Source: Podarcis filfolensis
Lineage: Eukaryota
NCBI GenBank assembly: GCA_964270895.1
Contig: OZ185445.1
Length of the DNA: 64,000 bases
Direction: 5' to 3' (one strand)
Each line of letters opens with the position of its first letter. The stretch's first letter is position 1. The translations under genes and the position numbers were made by a program. The notes under the pieces were generated by a model. It had not been told where the DNA came from, searched no databases, and worked only from the letters and a program-made list of their open reading frames with translations. Positions 24,683 to 36,960 of this stretch are shown here, piece by piece.

Positions 24683-26159
24683 CATTTGCAAGAATAATAA
24701 TAATAATAATAATGTTTGGTCATTAATAAAGCACACATTTTTTGTATGTGTAAGGTCTCAGGTCCATTCCTTGATATATTCAGTTAAAAGAATCTTGTGT
24801 ATTTAAGCTACAAAAGACCTGTGGTTGATACTTTACAGCTGGTCCGAGTATGCCAATGGCCTCATCTACATGTGCTCTTTTTTAAAAATAGCATAAAACA
24901 AATTTTTGTGAGCAGCATAAACACTTCAATGTAAGCCACTATATTTCACTGGGTTATTATAATTCTGCTTTTGTTTGGTTTTGCATAGCTAATCATGGCA
25001 AGGGGTAAATTGTGCCTCTGGATTTTGAGATTTCTGCAAGCGTTGCCCACATAATTTCAAACTAGTTTTTACCCTCATGAGGGCTAGAAAACCTTTTGAA
25101 AAAATGAAACCTGAGCTTCTCAGGAAGCTGATTTTCCTCCCTTCCCTGTATCGCTTCCTGCACTGCTGTGGAATAATAGCTTATACACTTTTCTAATTAA
25201 AGAAGCAGCTCCTTATAGCTGTTCTGTGAGCTGCTTTATAATTAGGAATGTGTCTATGCTATGATTCTGTGGATTGGGGTGTTTGTTTTTAATGACATCA
25301 CTGCTGCACAAGTATAGGAATACATCTGCATTTCTGATATGTAGGTAGACCATGAAATGTCAATACATGTTTTATTTGAAAATTGTGCTAGACAATATTC
25401 TATCATTTTAATCAATCTGTTTTTCAGGATTATAATTTTTCTCTGAAAATAAATATGTATGCTCCAGTTTGCTACTTGTGCTTAAAAACACACACACAAT
25501 CTTTTTCCAGATTTGCCTGAGGCTGTTAAATAGCAACTAAGAGTATTATTAATGATTTACACAGTGAAAGCCTCCATTCATCTAGAAAATGAGCCCCTAT
25601 GCAAGGCAAATAACTGTTGCAGGTGTGAGATTTTAGGATCAAAATACAAGGGTTATTGATTTTATAATAGCTATAATTAAGCAGTAATTGGGTAAATCTC
25701 TATGTTGTTATTGACTCAATCTCACTGGGGTAACTTCACACGAACAATCAACTCAAATAAAAGTAAATATAAATATTCAGACTGTAGATCTTAGCAGGTG
25801 CGTGGACTTGCGTGCTTCCAGTTCTATTACTCCTGAACAGATGGTGTGTTGCTGATTGTTTGCTTAGGACTTTTAAAGTTCTCAAAGGTGCAGTAATGGG
25901 TAGAGCTAGACAAAACGGAGGATGTAACATTGAAACCAGACATTATAGGCCTGTTTGGACAAAAATGGCTTCTAAAGTGATTTGACAGGAAAGTGACTGT
26001 GGGGGAAATGGGGGGATGGGGGAAAACTAACAAAAGTTAGGAAATGGGTAACTATTTCAGTTAAATTTTATATTTATAAACTTTTCAAATCAGGTCCGTT
26101 CGTGTTCCAAAGAATGTCTTCTAACAAAAATAAGCAACTCACCCCAAAGACCAGCCAAC

Positions 26160-26755
26160 ATACCTGAGAACTGGAAAGTGGCGAATATGAGACCAATTTC
26201 TGAAAAGGGATCCAGTGAAGATGCTGGAAATTGAAGGACAGTTAGCTTTATGTGTCTTCCAGGAAAATGGATGGGGAGTATGGTTGAAGATAAACTGCAG
26301 AATATGTAGGTGCTGAAGCAGAATCAGCAAGGCTTCTGAAAGGACAAGTCCTGTCTCATTAACCTATTAAGAGTTCTTTGAGAATGTCAACAAGCATATA
26401 GTCAGAGGTGATGCTGTTGGCATAGTGTTCTTTGAATTCCAAAAAGTACCCCACCAAAAACTCCTGAACAGGCTTACCAGTAATAGAATAAGAGGAGAGG
26501 TCCTCTTGTGGATCAGGAACTGGTTAAGTAGCAGGAAGCAGAGAGTAGGAATAAATAGACAGTTCTCCCAACGGAAGGATGTAGAAAGTGGTACCCATCA
26601 AGGGTTTGTTTTAGGACAACCGCTTTTTAACTTTAACAATCTAGAATTGGGGGTGAGCAGTGAGGCAGCCAAGTTTTCCGACTGCCCTAAATTCTTCAGG
26701 GTTAAAACAAAAATGGATTGGGAAGAGCTCCAGAAGGATCTCTTTAAACTGAGTT
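26160..26755 (+). mobile_element. CR1 LINE reverse-transcriptase fragment (degenerate)
   Basis: PENWKVAN, KVPHQKLL, IRGEVLLWIRNWLSSRKQRVGIN, QGFVLG, AKFSD: decayed RT motifs with stops and frameshifts. Confidence 0.9.
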
Positions 26756-27009
26756 AAATGTGCGTAAGATATGATCGTGTGGATTAATCAGCAAAAACCT
26801 CTAAGCTCTTTATATATGACAATATAAAATATTCAAAACAAACACAGATAAAATCAAACTTTAAAAACAAATACAGATATAATACACATCAGTATATGTA
26901 AAATCAGCAGTATATTGAAATAATTTATTAAGTCAGCTTTCTGTCCTAACGATAAGTTTTATTGCCTTGTCCCCAGCTGTATGAGCCTCCGTCTCCAGCC
27001 TTACGTGGT

Positions 27010-27341
27010 CAGAGGCGGAGCAAGGTGAGGGCGGTGAGAGTGGTCCACCATGGGTGTCATCCCCGAGGGGGGCTGACATTACCGCAGGCAGCACCCCCCC
27101 TGTAACGCTCCCCACTGCCGGCGCACCCACCTGGGACGCGCATTGCCGCTGGCACACACCCCTGGGACGTGCAGTGCTGCTGCTAGCTCCTCCTCTGTCT
27201 GTCCCTATGGGCATGGTGTGGCACGCTCCATCCTTGGCCCCTGTGGTCACCGCGTGGCGCAGTGTGCCCAGTCCCTATAGGCGGTTCACCCCGCCCCTGG
27301 GCGCACTGCCCCAGGTGCCCAAAAGGCTTCCTCCGCCACTG
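27010..27341. mobile_element. hAT-type MITE, GC-rich
   Basis: TIR CAGAGGCGGAG...CTCCGCCACTG; 8-bp TSD tacgtggt/tatgtggt. Confidence 0.85.
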
Positions 27342-28177
27342 TATGTGGTACAGCTCAGAAATATGCTCTACTGTTTGTGTCTTAGGCTGGAGTAGTACTA
27401 TGAAGTGGTCATGCGGTATGCATGCGTGTGTGTGTGTGTGTGTGTTAGCATCTTCCCTGATCAAGAACATCTCCATGTGGAATAGATCCTTTTCACTCTG
27501 CCAGCTAATCAGCTTCTGGGAAGGCATGCACACAATACTTGGACTCCTCACTTGCCCTTCAAACAGGAAAATTTTATTGGCAGGGTTGATTCATTCAATA
27601 GGTGCGCCAGGGGCAGCCTGTCCCATTTTACCGCCTGAGGCAAAATAGTAAGGTGCTCCACCCATCCCCATCCCCCGCCTCGCGTACCAGAGACATGTGG
27701 CCGGGGTAGCTTCTGAGTTCCAGCAGTGGCCCACTACCACCACAGGAGAAGTGAGAGGACCTGGAAAGCAATGCTGCAGCTGCTTCTCCTGCAAAGGCAG
27801 GGTCAAGACATTGGGCGGGGGGGGGGGGGCAAAGAGGAGCTAGCTATGCTCCCTTCCATGTTTCTGAGCACATTGCAGACGTAATAATTCAGCCGGGCTT
27901 TTTGTGCTGTTGAAAATGAATTAAAAAGTTGCAACCAAGGAAGTTCTTCAAATCCCAACAGTTTTAATTCGTCTATCAATTTAAAGAATGCATGATGAAA
28001 TTGGGATCTTCCCCCTCACACAGTCTTTGCTCATGATGGGATGTATACCAGTTACTGGCAGTGGTTTAGTATGTGTGTGGGACAGCACAGGGGATGGTTG
28101 CCCCAGGTGGAGAATTGTTAGGGGTGTAGTGCAAAATTTTCAACACTCAGTGCTGCCTCAATATAGCTCAATATAGG

Positions 28178-28411
28178 TGCAACCCCATAGTTACCTTTGA
28201 CTAGACTTAACCATCCAGGGGTCCTTTACCTTTTACCTTTATAGCTGCGAGATGAGTGCTGCAACCCCATAATTGCCTCTGACTAGACTTGACCATCCAG
28301 GGGTCCTTTACCTTTTACCTTTATAGCTGCGAGATGAGTGCTGCAACCCCATAATTGCCTCTGACTAGACTTGACCATCCAGGGGTCCTTTACCTTTTAC
28401 CTTTATAGCTG
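28178..28411 (+). repeat. Tandem array of Sauria SINE 3' ends (82-bp period)
   Basis: Partial unit 28178-28247 plus identical units 28248-28329 and 28330-28411, each ending ACCTTTATAGCTG. Confidence 0.9.
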
Positions 28412-28412
28412 T

Positions 28413-28797
28413 GGGACGCTGGTGGTTCTGTAGTCCAAACCACTGAGCCTCTTGGGCTTGCCGATCAGAAGGTCGGTGGTTCGAATCCCCGCAATGGGGT
28501 GAGCTCCCGTTGCTCTGTCCCAGATCCTGCCAGCCTAGCAGTTCAAAAGCATGCCAGTGCAAGTAGATAAATAGGTACCACTGCGCCGGGAAGGTAAATG
28601 GCGTTTCCGTGCACTCTGGTTTCCCCCACGGTGTTCCATTGCACCAGAAGCAGTTTAGTCATGCTGGCCACATGACCTGGAAAGCTGTCTGTGGACAAAC
28701 ACCGGCACCCTCAGCCTGAAAGCGAGATGAGCACCACAACCCCATAGTCCCCTTTGACTGGACTTAACCACCCAGGGGTGCTTTACTTTTTACCTTT
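28413..28797 (+). mobile_element. Sauria SINE (longer subtype)
   Basis: Full head to tail; atagctgtg on both sides. Confidence 0.92.
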
Positions 28798-30040
28798 ATA
28801 GCTGTGTACTTCTGTTACTGGGCTTCATTGAAAACCGCTTATCCCTGTGAAACAGGAAGTGGCCTCTCCAAACAATGGAGCGACTCGTCATTCCTTATCT
28901 CAGTGGCTGCAATCTCCTGTGTGACACGGACACCATTAGGCAGTTGAATGTGCATCCTCACTGTGTCTGTTGCACTTAGATTTCACTTGCAGGCTTACTA
29001 TAGGCATCTTGTTGGCTGCTGGGCTGGACAGGCCTTGAGGGCAAATCCAGCTGTGGTGTTCTTATGTTCTCTAAAGGGGAAATGAACAAATGAGTATAAT
29101 AAAAGATTAGTGCCCTGAACTGCAAAATGATTGGCCAAATGGCAAATTTAGCAATGGAGTTCAGTTTGCAAACTTATGACCCTTATCAGAGATTTAACTA
29201 AAGTTAATGATCAAAGGAAAAGCGCTTGCTCTTCTCTCGCCAGAGTCCTATTTACTGAAGAAATAATTCTCTCCAACTGTCAGTAGATGTCCTCAGTGCC
29301 ACACTTCATCATCATGCTTGCCTACTCACAACAGCTCTGTCCTCAAATTACAGTTTCCCTGGTTTTTGTGTTACACATTTCACTCCGTGTAATTAGCCAG
29401 AGTACCTTCAAATCATGGTTCGTGGAGGTTCCTTTCAGGTGTCAAAAAGCCCAAAGGAATTACCAAGGTGCTCGGAAAGATATATATATTGCACAACATG
29501 AGCAACTCTGGGACTTGTCTGATTGGCACCAATGAGCAAAAGGGCAAGGCAACAGAGAGGTGGAAACATACATGGGCTAAAGAAGGAATGAAAAGGGCAT
29601 GTCAGTTGGATTGAAGCATTGTGGGTAGTCTCGTGTTTACCCTCTACAACTTTCTCAAACTGCTGCTTGGGAATTTTTTGAAAGTTTGGGTCAGGAGACT
29701 TTGGAAACAAGAACCGAGGATAAGACAAGGCTGAGAATGAGTGGTGGGGGGAGGTTGAGGGGGGCACTTTAAAGCAGCTAAATTAAGATGCCTTTCAATG
29801 GGATTCTAGCAGAAATAATTTCTGTTTTTACAAAACCACCCCTTTTGCACTTGCACGGGGTGCTTTTAAATTTGGAATAACTTTATTTGAGTTCTCTCTC
29901 CTTACCCTGAACTCTGTTGTCGTCTCTGAACTGGGACCGTGGAGCTGAAGTGGGGCACACTTTGCTTTCTTCCACAAGTTAGGAGCCACTGGGAGTTAGT
30001 ACCTCCTGCCACCTAAGAAGATCATCACACATCAAGGGGA

Positions 30041-30147
30041 TATGTGTGCAAGGGGAAGAAGTGTGCATGCACACGAAAGCTCATACCAAGAACTAACTTA
30101 GTTGGTCTTTAAGGTGCTACTGGAAGGAAAATTTTTTTTTTGTTTTG
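30041..30147 (+). mobile_element. 5'-truncated Penelope-like pLTR with broken hammerhead
   Basis: Nearly identical to 6268-6359. 14-bp TSD acacatcaagggga (30027-30040, 30148-30161). The CU of CUGAAGA is missing. Confidence 0.8.
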
Positions 30148-30186
30148 ACACATCAAGGGGAAAGACTAGACTGGCTCCATCCATTA

Positions 30187-30323
30187 TAGAACCTACAAGT
30201 GTCCCTATTTCCCAGGGGCAGTCCTGAATTTACAGAAGCCATCCTGGTTTCTGATTTGATCCAGGAATGTCCTGCTTTTCCTTAGGACGCCCCTATTTCA
30301 TCGGAGAAATGTTGGAGGGTATG
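30187..30323. mobile_element. Short interspersed MITE-like repeat (family C)
   Basis: caagtgtccctatttcccagggg...gttggagggtatg. Related partial copy at 34497-34590. Confidence 0.55.
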
Positions 30324-32031
30324 CTATTGGCCAGTGAAGAGGCAGTTGCAGGGAGTTTGCTTCCTCCTCCCAGGGCTCCCAGTTGCATGGGGAACCCTTT
30401 CCTATGCTTGTGGGAGAATGGGGGTGAGGGATGGAGGTTGTGCTGCAGCCTCTGGCATCAGCTGGCATTTCTGCTCCTCTCCTTCTTCAAAATAAACACA
30501 TAACGGCCTCTGCACACTTGAGCTTGTCATTTTCCCAATTGTTAACGCTGCTGACACAACCCAGGCGAGGTTTCATCGCTTTGGACTCAGAGCGCTAAGG
30601 GTAGATTAGTCGTGTTTTGGCAGTCCATCCAGTACAGTCAGCAATGGTGTCCCTGAAAAAATACAGACACCTCCCTCCCTGCACTAGGAGTGGGAAGGTG
30701 CAAAACTCTGCATTCACAGTCCTATCACTGTGAACTGGTAGAAACCAGCATGGACTGGCGTTTTCGTAGAGGTTTTGGGAACAGAACAGATCCACAATGA
30801 CAGCAATCCACCCCCCCCCGCCCTTATGACAGTTTCATCTGTTGAAATGATCTTCCGAAAACTGCAGTTTGGGGTGAGGAGAAAGAGAATATTTTCAGTG
30901 CTTCCTCTAATTGTCTCTTTGGTGATCTATCTGAGGTTTTATAATGAACAAGTTTTAGTGAACTGAATACATTTCTTGAAATGCAACCCCTGGGCACACT
31001 TGAAACGATTCTCTGCTTCAATCATACATGGGATGTTTGCATAACAGCAAGTAATTTGTTTTTTAAAAAAATAATAATAATAAAAATAACACTGCTCTTT
31101 GTTTTTCGGCAAAATTGCCTATAGATGGCTCCCCTTTCCCTCTGTTTCTGAGATCCATTGATCCCCCAAAATGTGTACATGCTATTTTTGCTTAGAGAAG
31201 CAGAGTCGTCCCCCCCTCCCCATTTAGGAAATAGCTTCCCCTTAGAAATGGAATTAGGGGTTTGTTGTCATGGCAACAAAGATTTCAGCACTTCTGTTTC
31301 CTACAACATATATCTCTCTGGGTTGCTGCAATTCTAGTGCTTATCAGTGTTTTATCCATTGTGAGTGAGCTTGGTGGTGCTGACATGTAGAACAAACTTC
31401 AAAGCAGTGACCTAGGATATTCTCTGAGGATCAGAGCAGCTGTCACTATATCCCAATTATATGGGGTTTTTTTTAGCATTGTGTCCAGTTCTTGAACAAA
31501 GTATCATTAAACTATCAAGCTTGCAGTTGTTGCTTTGAAAAGTGATCTCGATGTAAAAATGAACATAATACCTTTATGTACAGAAGTGGGTAGGGAAACT
31601 GATTGGCTAGAACAACCAGTAAATATTGATAAATAGCGACACAAAGCTTGCCTGGGGGGCGGAATAGGATAATGATGAAGACATGAGCAGCAAACTTCAA
31701 AGAATGCTGGGGGCCCACTTAAATCCTGTATTTGAAAATGTAGCAATTATATAGAGAACACAGCCATAATCCATGACTACTTTCTGTGGTGTCGTCGGAG
31801 TAGTGATTCCGAAACTGTGTAGGCCATTTGACATGGCAATTGTGTTTGCCATGGTTCCACGAGTGCTTCTGGCAGTGCTTCCGTGTGCATAATTTGTCAA
31901 AGGCACGTATTTGTCACAGGTCCCTCTGCACTGTACATTTAAAGCAACAACATACCACTTTAAATAGCCATGACTGCCCCACTGCAAAAATCCTGGGAAC
32001 TGTAGTTTGTTCAGCATGCTGAGAGTTGCTT

Positions 32032-32299
32032 TTGTTGTTGTTGTTGTTTAGTCTTTTAGTCGTGTCCGACTCTTCGTGACCCCATGGACCAGAGCACGCC
32101 AGGCACTCCTGTCTTCCACTGCCTCCCGCAGTTTGGTCAAACTCATGTTGGTAGCTTTGAGAACACTATCCAACCATCTCGTCCTCTGTTGTCCCCTTCT
32201 CCTTGTGCCCTCCACCTTTCCCAACATCAGGGGCTTTTCCAGGGAGTCTTCTCTTCTCATGAGGTGGCCAAAGTATTGGAGCCTCAGCTTCACGATCTG
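32032..32299 (-). mobile_element. Bov-B LINE 3' fragment
   Basis: KLRLQYFGHLMRREDSLEK...HGVTKSRTRL with a (CAA)n tail. Confidence 0.95.
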
Positions 32300-32305
32300 C
32301 TAGGT

Positions 32306-32658
32306 AAAGGTAAAGGTACCCCTGCCCGTATGGGCCAGTCTTGCCAGACTCTAGGGTTGTGCGCTCATCTCACTCTAGAGGCCGGGAGCCAGCGCTGTCC
32401 GCAGACACTTCCGGGTCACGTGGCCAGCGTGACAAGCTGCATCTGGCGAGCCAGCGCAGCACACGGAAACGCCGTTTACCTTCCCGCTGGTAAGCGGTCC
32501 CTATTTATCTACTTGCACCTGAGGGTGCTTTCGAACTGCTAGGTTGGCAGGCGCTGGGAACGAACGACGGGAGCGCACCCCGCCGCGGGGATTCGAACCG
32601 CCCACCATGCGATTGGCAAGTCCTAGGCGCTGAGGTTTTACCCACAGCGCCACCCGCG
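32306..32658 (-). mobile_element. Sauria SINE
   Basis: 16-bp TSD tcacgatctgctaggt (32290-32305, 32659-32674); CpG-rich, young-looking copy. Confidence 0.93.
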
Positions 32659-33744
32659 TCACGATCTGCTAGGTGATCCTTAATCCTCTCACAGAGCTAC
32701 AGTTCTCAATTCCCTGGGAAGAGGCATGGACTGTCCAACTATTTTGGGAATTGTAGCTAGGAGAGGGGAATAGCAGTGGCAGAACTTGGGGTCTCTAATT
32801 TCAGCGGCACCCTGTGAAAAACCAAAGTTTGGCTCTCCCTGCCTCTCACCTTCCATTCTATATCATAGCTGCAGCACCCCCAGCGGCCCCGCCCCAAAGG
32901 CTCCATGCCTGTGCAACCAAACCGGTCACATTCTTCTAAATTCATCTCTGGAAATAGGGTTCTCTGAGGAACTCTAAGCACCCTTAACTACTGTTCCCAG
33001 AATTCTTTGGGAGGGGAAGCCATAACAGTTTAAAGCAGCATGATACTGCTTAAATACATTCTGAAGATGGGGCTTTGTACACCAGGAGGTTTGTCAGGCG
33101 GCCCAGATGAGCGAGAGTTCTTTGCGGACAACTCTACAGCATATTTCATGCATTTGCCTTTCGTGCTTTAGATCTCTTGAAGGAAACACCAGTTTAACAC
33201 TGGTGCAAGTGTGGCAAACAACCCAGTCGTTTTACAGGGTGTGTGAAAAGGTCGTCTTGAGGCAGACCTTAGCCAAGTGCCAAAATTTGACAGCAGAACC
33301 ACAAGCTCTTTACAGACCCCGTGATGGTAGTGTGGAAGGATGATCCCACAGCTATCGTAGATGAGATTCCGTGTTGCCCAGCTTGCCTGCTTGCTAATAG
33401 TTGGGGAAAACCTAAACCAAACTGCAACCGAGCGTTTAGAGAAAAGCAAACTTCACTTGCAGAATCTTTAACCTATTTTTAGAGTTCAACGTATTAAATG
33501 TATGAAATAATATTATGTGATTCATCCTGAATCACATCATTCCAAAGCGCCCTGAAGTTCCATGGAGTAGCAGAGATTTGGATATATTTATCTTGTTTCA
33601 TGTTGTCATGTTAGGGAATAGGCATTTCTTAAAGGCCAGAAAGTAGGCAAATTCTAGTATTTCCTGCTATTTCAACATGGCCTTTTTACTTCAGAAAAAC
33701 ATCAACCTCTATCCAGCATTTCTTTAGCTGTGCATACAACAATA

Positions 33745-33986
33745 CAGTGGTACCTCGGGTTAAGAACTTAATTTGTTCTGGAGGCCTGTTCTTAATCTGA
33801 AACTGTTCTTAACCTGAAGCACCACTTTAGCTAATGGGGCCTCCCGCTGCTGCTGCGCTGTCGGCGCACGATTTCTGTTCTCATCCTGAAGCAAAGTTCT
33901 TAACCCAAGGTAATATTTCTGGGTTAGCGGAGTCTGTAACCTGAAGTTTATGTAACTTGAAGCGTATGTAACCCAAGGTACCTCTG
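33745..33986. mobile_element. Tc1/mariner-type MITE (family A)
   Basis: TA|CAGTGGTACCTCGGG...AAGGTACCTCTG|TA. Confidence 0.9.
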
Positions 33987-34687
33987 TATCAAGGAGGGGA
34001 GGCTGTGTCTGCAACTACAGGACTCCAGATCACACTTTGTCGTATGGTTCTTTTTTCTGGGTGTTCCCTCCTCCCACATTGGTCACTTGCTCCATTCCAT
34101 CCTCTTGAATGGAGAAGGGTTTTAACTTGTTGGTAGAACCCTTCCTTTGCATGCAGGAGGTCCCAGGTATAATCCTCTGCATCTCCAGGTAGAGAGCCAC
34201 TGCCAGTCAGTTTAGACCAGAAGTGGGGAGGACCTTTGGCCATGTTTGCTGGGGCTGATGGGAGATGTAGTTCAGCAACATCTGGAAGACCAAAGGTAGA
34301 CAATACTGAGTCAGATGTACCAGTGGTCTAAGTCAGTGCTCTGTGTTCCTATCTAAAGCCTATTTTCTTCCTAGGTCTGTACAGACTGACATTGTTTATA
34401 TCAGGATAAACCAGAGGTAATGGCATATCATGGTTTATTGAGAATGAACATTGTGCCCATGCAGGCTGCCTGTTTTCACTTTGCCTAGTGTGAATACATA
34501 CCCTCCAAGTGTCCCAATATTCCAGGGACAGTCCCAGAATTATGAAAGCCATCCTGGCTTTTGATTTGATCCTGGAGCATCCCTTTTCCCCTCACCAGCA
34601 CCACTGTCAGTGAGCTTAGGGAAGAGGATGAGCTGGCGTTGTCCTGAGCATCCCATTGCCTCTCCATAGCAACCACTGCTGGCCAAG

Positions 34688-35062
34688 GGGACGCGGGTGG
34701 CGCTGTGCTCTAAACCACTGAGCCTCTTGGGCTTGCCAGTCAGAAGGTCGGCGGTTTGAATCCCTGCAACAGGGTAAGCTCCCATTGTTTGGTCCCAGCT
34801 CCTGCCAACCTAGCAGTTCGAAAGCACACTAGTGCAAGTAGATAAACAGATACCGCTGCGGTGGGAAAGTAAACGGTGTTTCCGTGCGTTCTGGTTTCCG
34901 CCACGGTGTTCCAATGCACCAGAAGTGGTTTAGTCATGCTGGCCACATGACCCGGAAAGCTATCTGTGGACAAACACCACCTCCCTTGGCCTGAAAGCGA
35001 GATGAGTGCTGCAACCCCATAGTTGCCTTTGACTGAACTTAACCGTCCAGGGGTCCTTTTAC
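34688..35062 (+). mobile_element. Sauria SINE (longer subtype)
   Basis: GGGACGCGGGTGGCGCTG head; body matches 28413-28797. Confidence 0.92.
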
Positions 35063-35581
35063 TGCCGACCTCCTCCTCCCTTGGGCACCTTGTAGCAGCT
35101 TCAGGAGCGTGGGCAAGGAGGAGGAGAGGCTGCTCCCACCAAGGTTGACATGCCAGCTCTAAGGGACAGGCAGAGGGCAGGGCTGTCCTGGGCAAGAAGA
35201 AAGGGGGAGCATCTCGATTTTTAAAAAAGTGCTTTGTGCACTCATGTCTAATCTTGCTCCTTTCTAAAATCTATTTATTGGTGTATGTTTTCCTTTTTGT
35301 ACATCTACCAAATAATAAAATAAAATAAAATCGGGATTAAGTTGTTTTCTCAGGATGGCAAACAGTGTGTGTGTTGTGTCCTTTTGGAGTAAACGGGGGT
35401 GGCAATCGCCTTCTTGTGATAGGAAATGCTCTGCGGGCAGGTGAGATGACAAAAAATGGGGGTTGGGAGTGAGAAATGCCACTATTTTCTTCTGAGGAAT
35501 GTTGGATGGTACGTGAACAGGAAATACAAAACAGGAAGCCGGTTAAGCTTCCTATGACATATAAATCCAGGATTGTGGTTG

Positions 35582-35753
35582 CAGTGGCGTAGCGTGGGTT
35601 GTCAGCACCCAGGGCAAGGCAAGTAATTTGCGCCCCCTAATCCGTGGATTTTAGCAGGGGGCAGAGAGCTGCGAGTGCGAGCGCGCCCCCCCCAGATGTT
35701 GCGCCCGGTGCGGCCGGCCCCCCCTGCACCCCCCACGCTACACCACTCCACTG
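35582..35753. mobile_element. hAT-type MITE, GC-rich
   Basis: CAGTGGCGTAGCGTG...CACGCTACACCACT(CCACTG); 8-bp TSD tgtggttg/cgtggttg. Confidence 0.8.
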
Positions 35754-36389
35754 CGTGGTTGTTTCTCCGTACAATCCAGGATGACTTACAAATCTGGAAG
35801 GAAGACACCAGGATCCCACATTCAGATGCTGTGAGAAGCCAAGATGTCCTGGTTTGTTTCTCCCCAACACACCAGGGAAAGAATGATGTGGGGGTGACTG
35901 GGCAGTGAACACCAACATGCTGTTTTTTCCAAATCAAACACGCTAAGCCAGCAACCGTGGCACCTTGTGACATGCAGTTGTGACCCCTAAGTTCTACGAG
36001 AACAGCTGGGATGCATCAGAATTATCTAACTTCAGCAGATACTGTTGTGGTGAGGAGGCCAACGGAGACAGGACTTAATGCAGAAGAACAGAGGCTTTGA
36101 TATTTTTCAAGTTATTGCATTAAATCTTAATAAGAAAATGTTTAAAGGTTATATAGTGGGATGTTTTACAATGCCCTAGTGGTTGTGAGTTATACCTGTG
36201 CTTTTGCACTCATTGCATGAAACACTGGAAGGTGAAAGCAACTTTGCTTCTTAGCAGTCAGGTAGTCTATTTGCATCCAAGGTTATTATATGGGTTGTAA
36301 ACAGCCATTTCCTTCATTCTAAAATGTGTTGCTGAGTGAGTTCCATCGTGCCCCATCGCTACACTGATTCAGGTGGTTGGCGAAGACCT

Positions 36390-36960
36390 GGCCTTTTAAA
36401 AAAAAGTGTCAAATTTAACAAAGAAACAACAAATAACAAAGATAGATTTTTTAAAAAAAGTTGGGGGGAACGACACCCCCCCGACAATACACACTATGAG
36501 TTCATTTGAGACTGTAATAGCCACAAGCTTTTCCTTCTAAAATTAAACATATAAATGAATATAAGCCCCCTAGATGTCCAAACAGGTATCCACACAGAAT
36601 TGGTATTTATTAAAAATATATATGTTCAAATGCAGCAAGGGTGGTAAGGTCCTCAGACCATTGCATAATGGATGGTGGGTATTGATTCTTCCAGGCTCAA
36701 AGTGCAAGTCTCTTGTCAACCATAAGGGATTCCAGCATCCACTTTTGTTGTGCTGCTATTAATCCCCATACTGTAGAAATACAGTTCAAAAGTACACGAA
36801 CATCTGGCAATACTGAAGATTTTGCTAGTACACAATTCATATGGGTAACAATTTCAGGCTAGGATGAATATATCTCCAGATACATCATATGCCTCAATGA
36901 GGCCTTTTTAGCATTAGACCTTCATCATATAATTATTAGACAGTGCCTTCCAGTACAAAC
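36390..36960 (-). mobile_element. Degraded L1 3' fragment
   Basis: Minus-strand peptide ...AWKNQYPPSIMQWSEDLTTLAAFEHI resembles the L1 ORF2 C-terminus. Boundaries are approximate. Confidence 0.5.

Larger units (their letters stand above)
31919..33073. mobile_element. Old element with long imperfect inverted termini, host of Bov-B and SINE insertions
   Basis: Left ~110 bp (tttaaagca...atcctgggaactgtagtt) is a diverged reverse complement of 32965-33073. Confidence 0.5.

Noticed and set aside
26425-26757. 110-aa RT-like ORF
   Set aside because: Decayed CR1 fragment with broken catalytic motifs; not a gene.
28178-28411. Regularly spaced repeats reminiscent of a CRISPR array (also 61790-61900)
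   Set aside because: Head-to-tail tandem units without unique spacers, derived from a SINE and an LTR, in a vertebrate genome.
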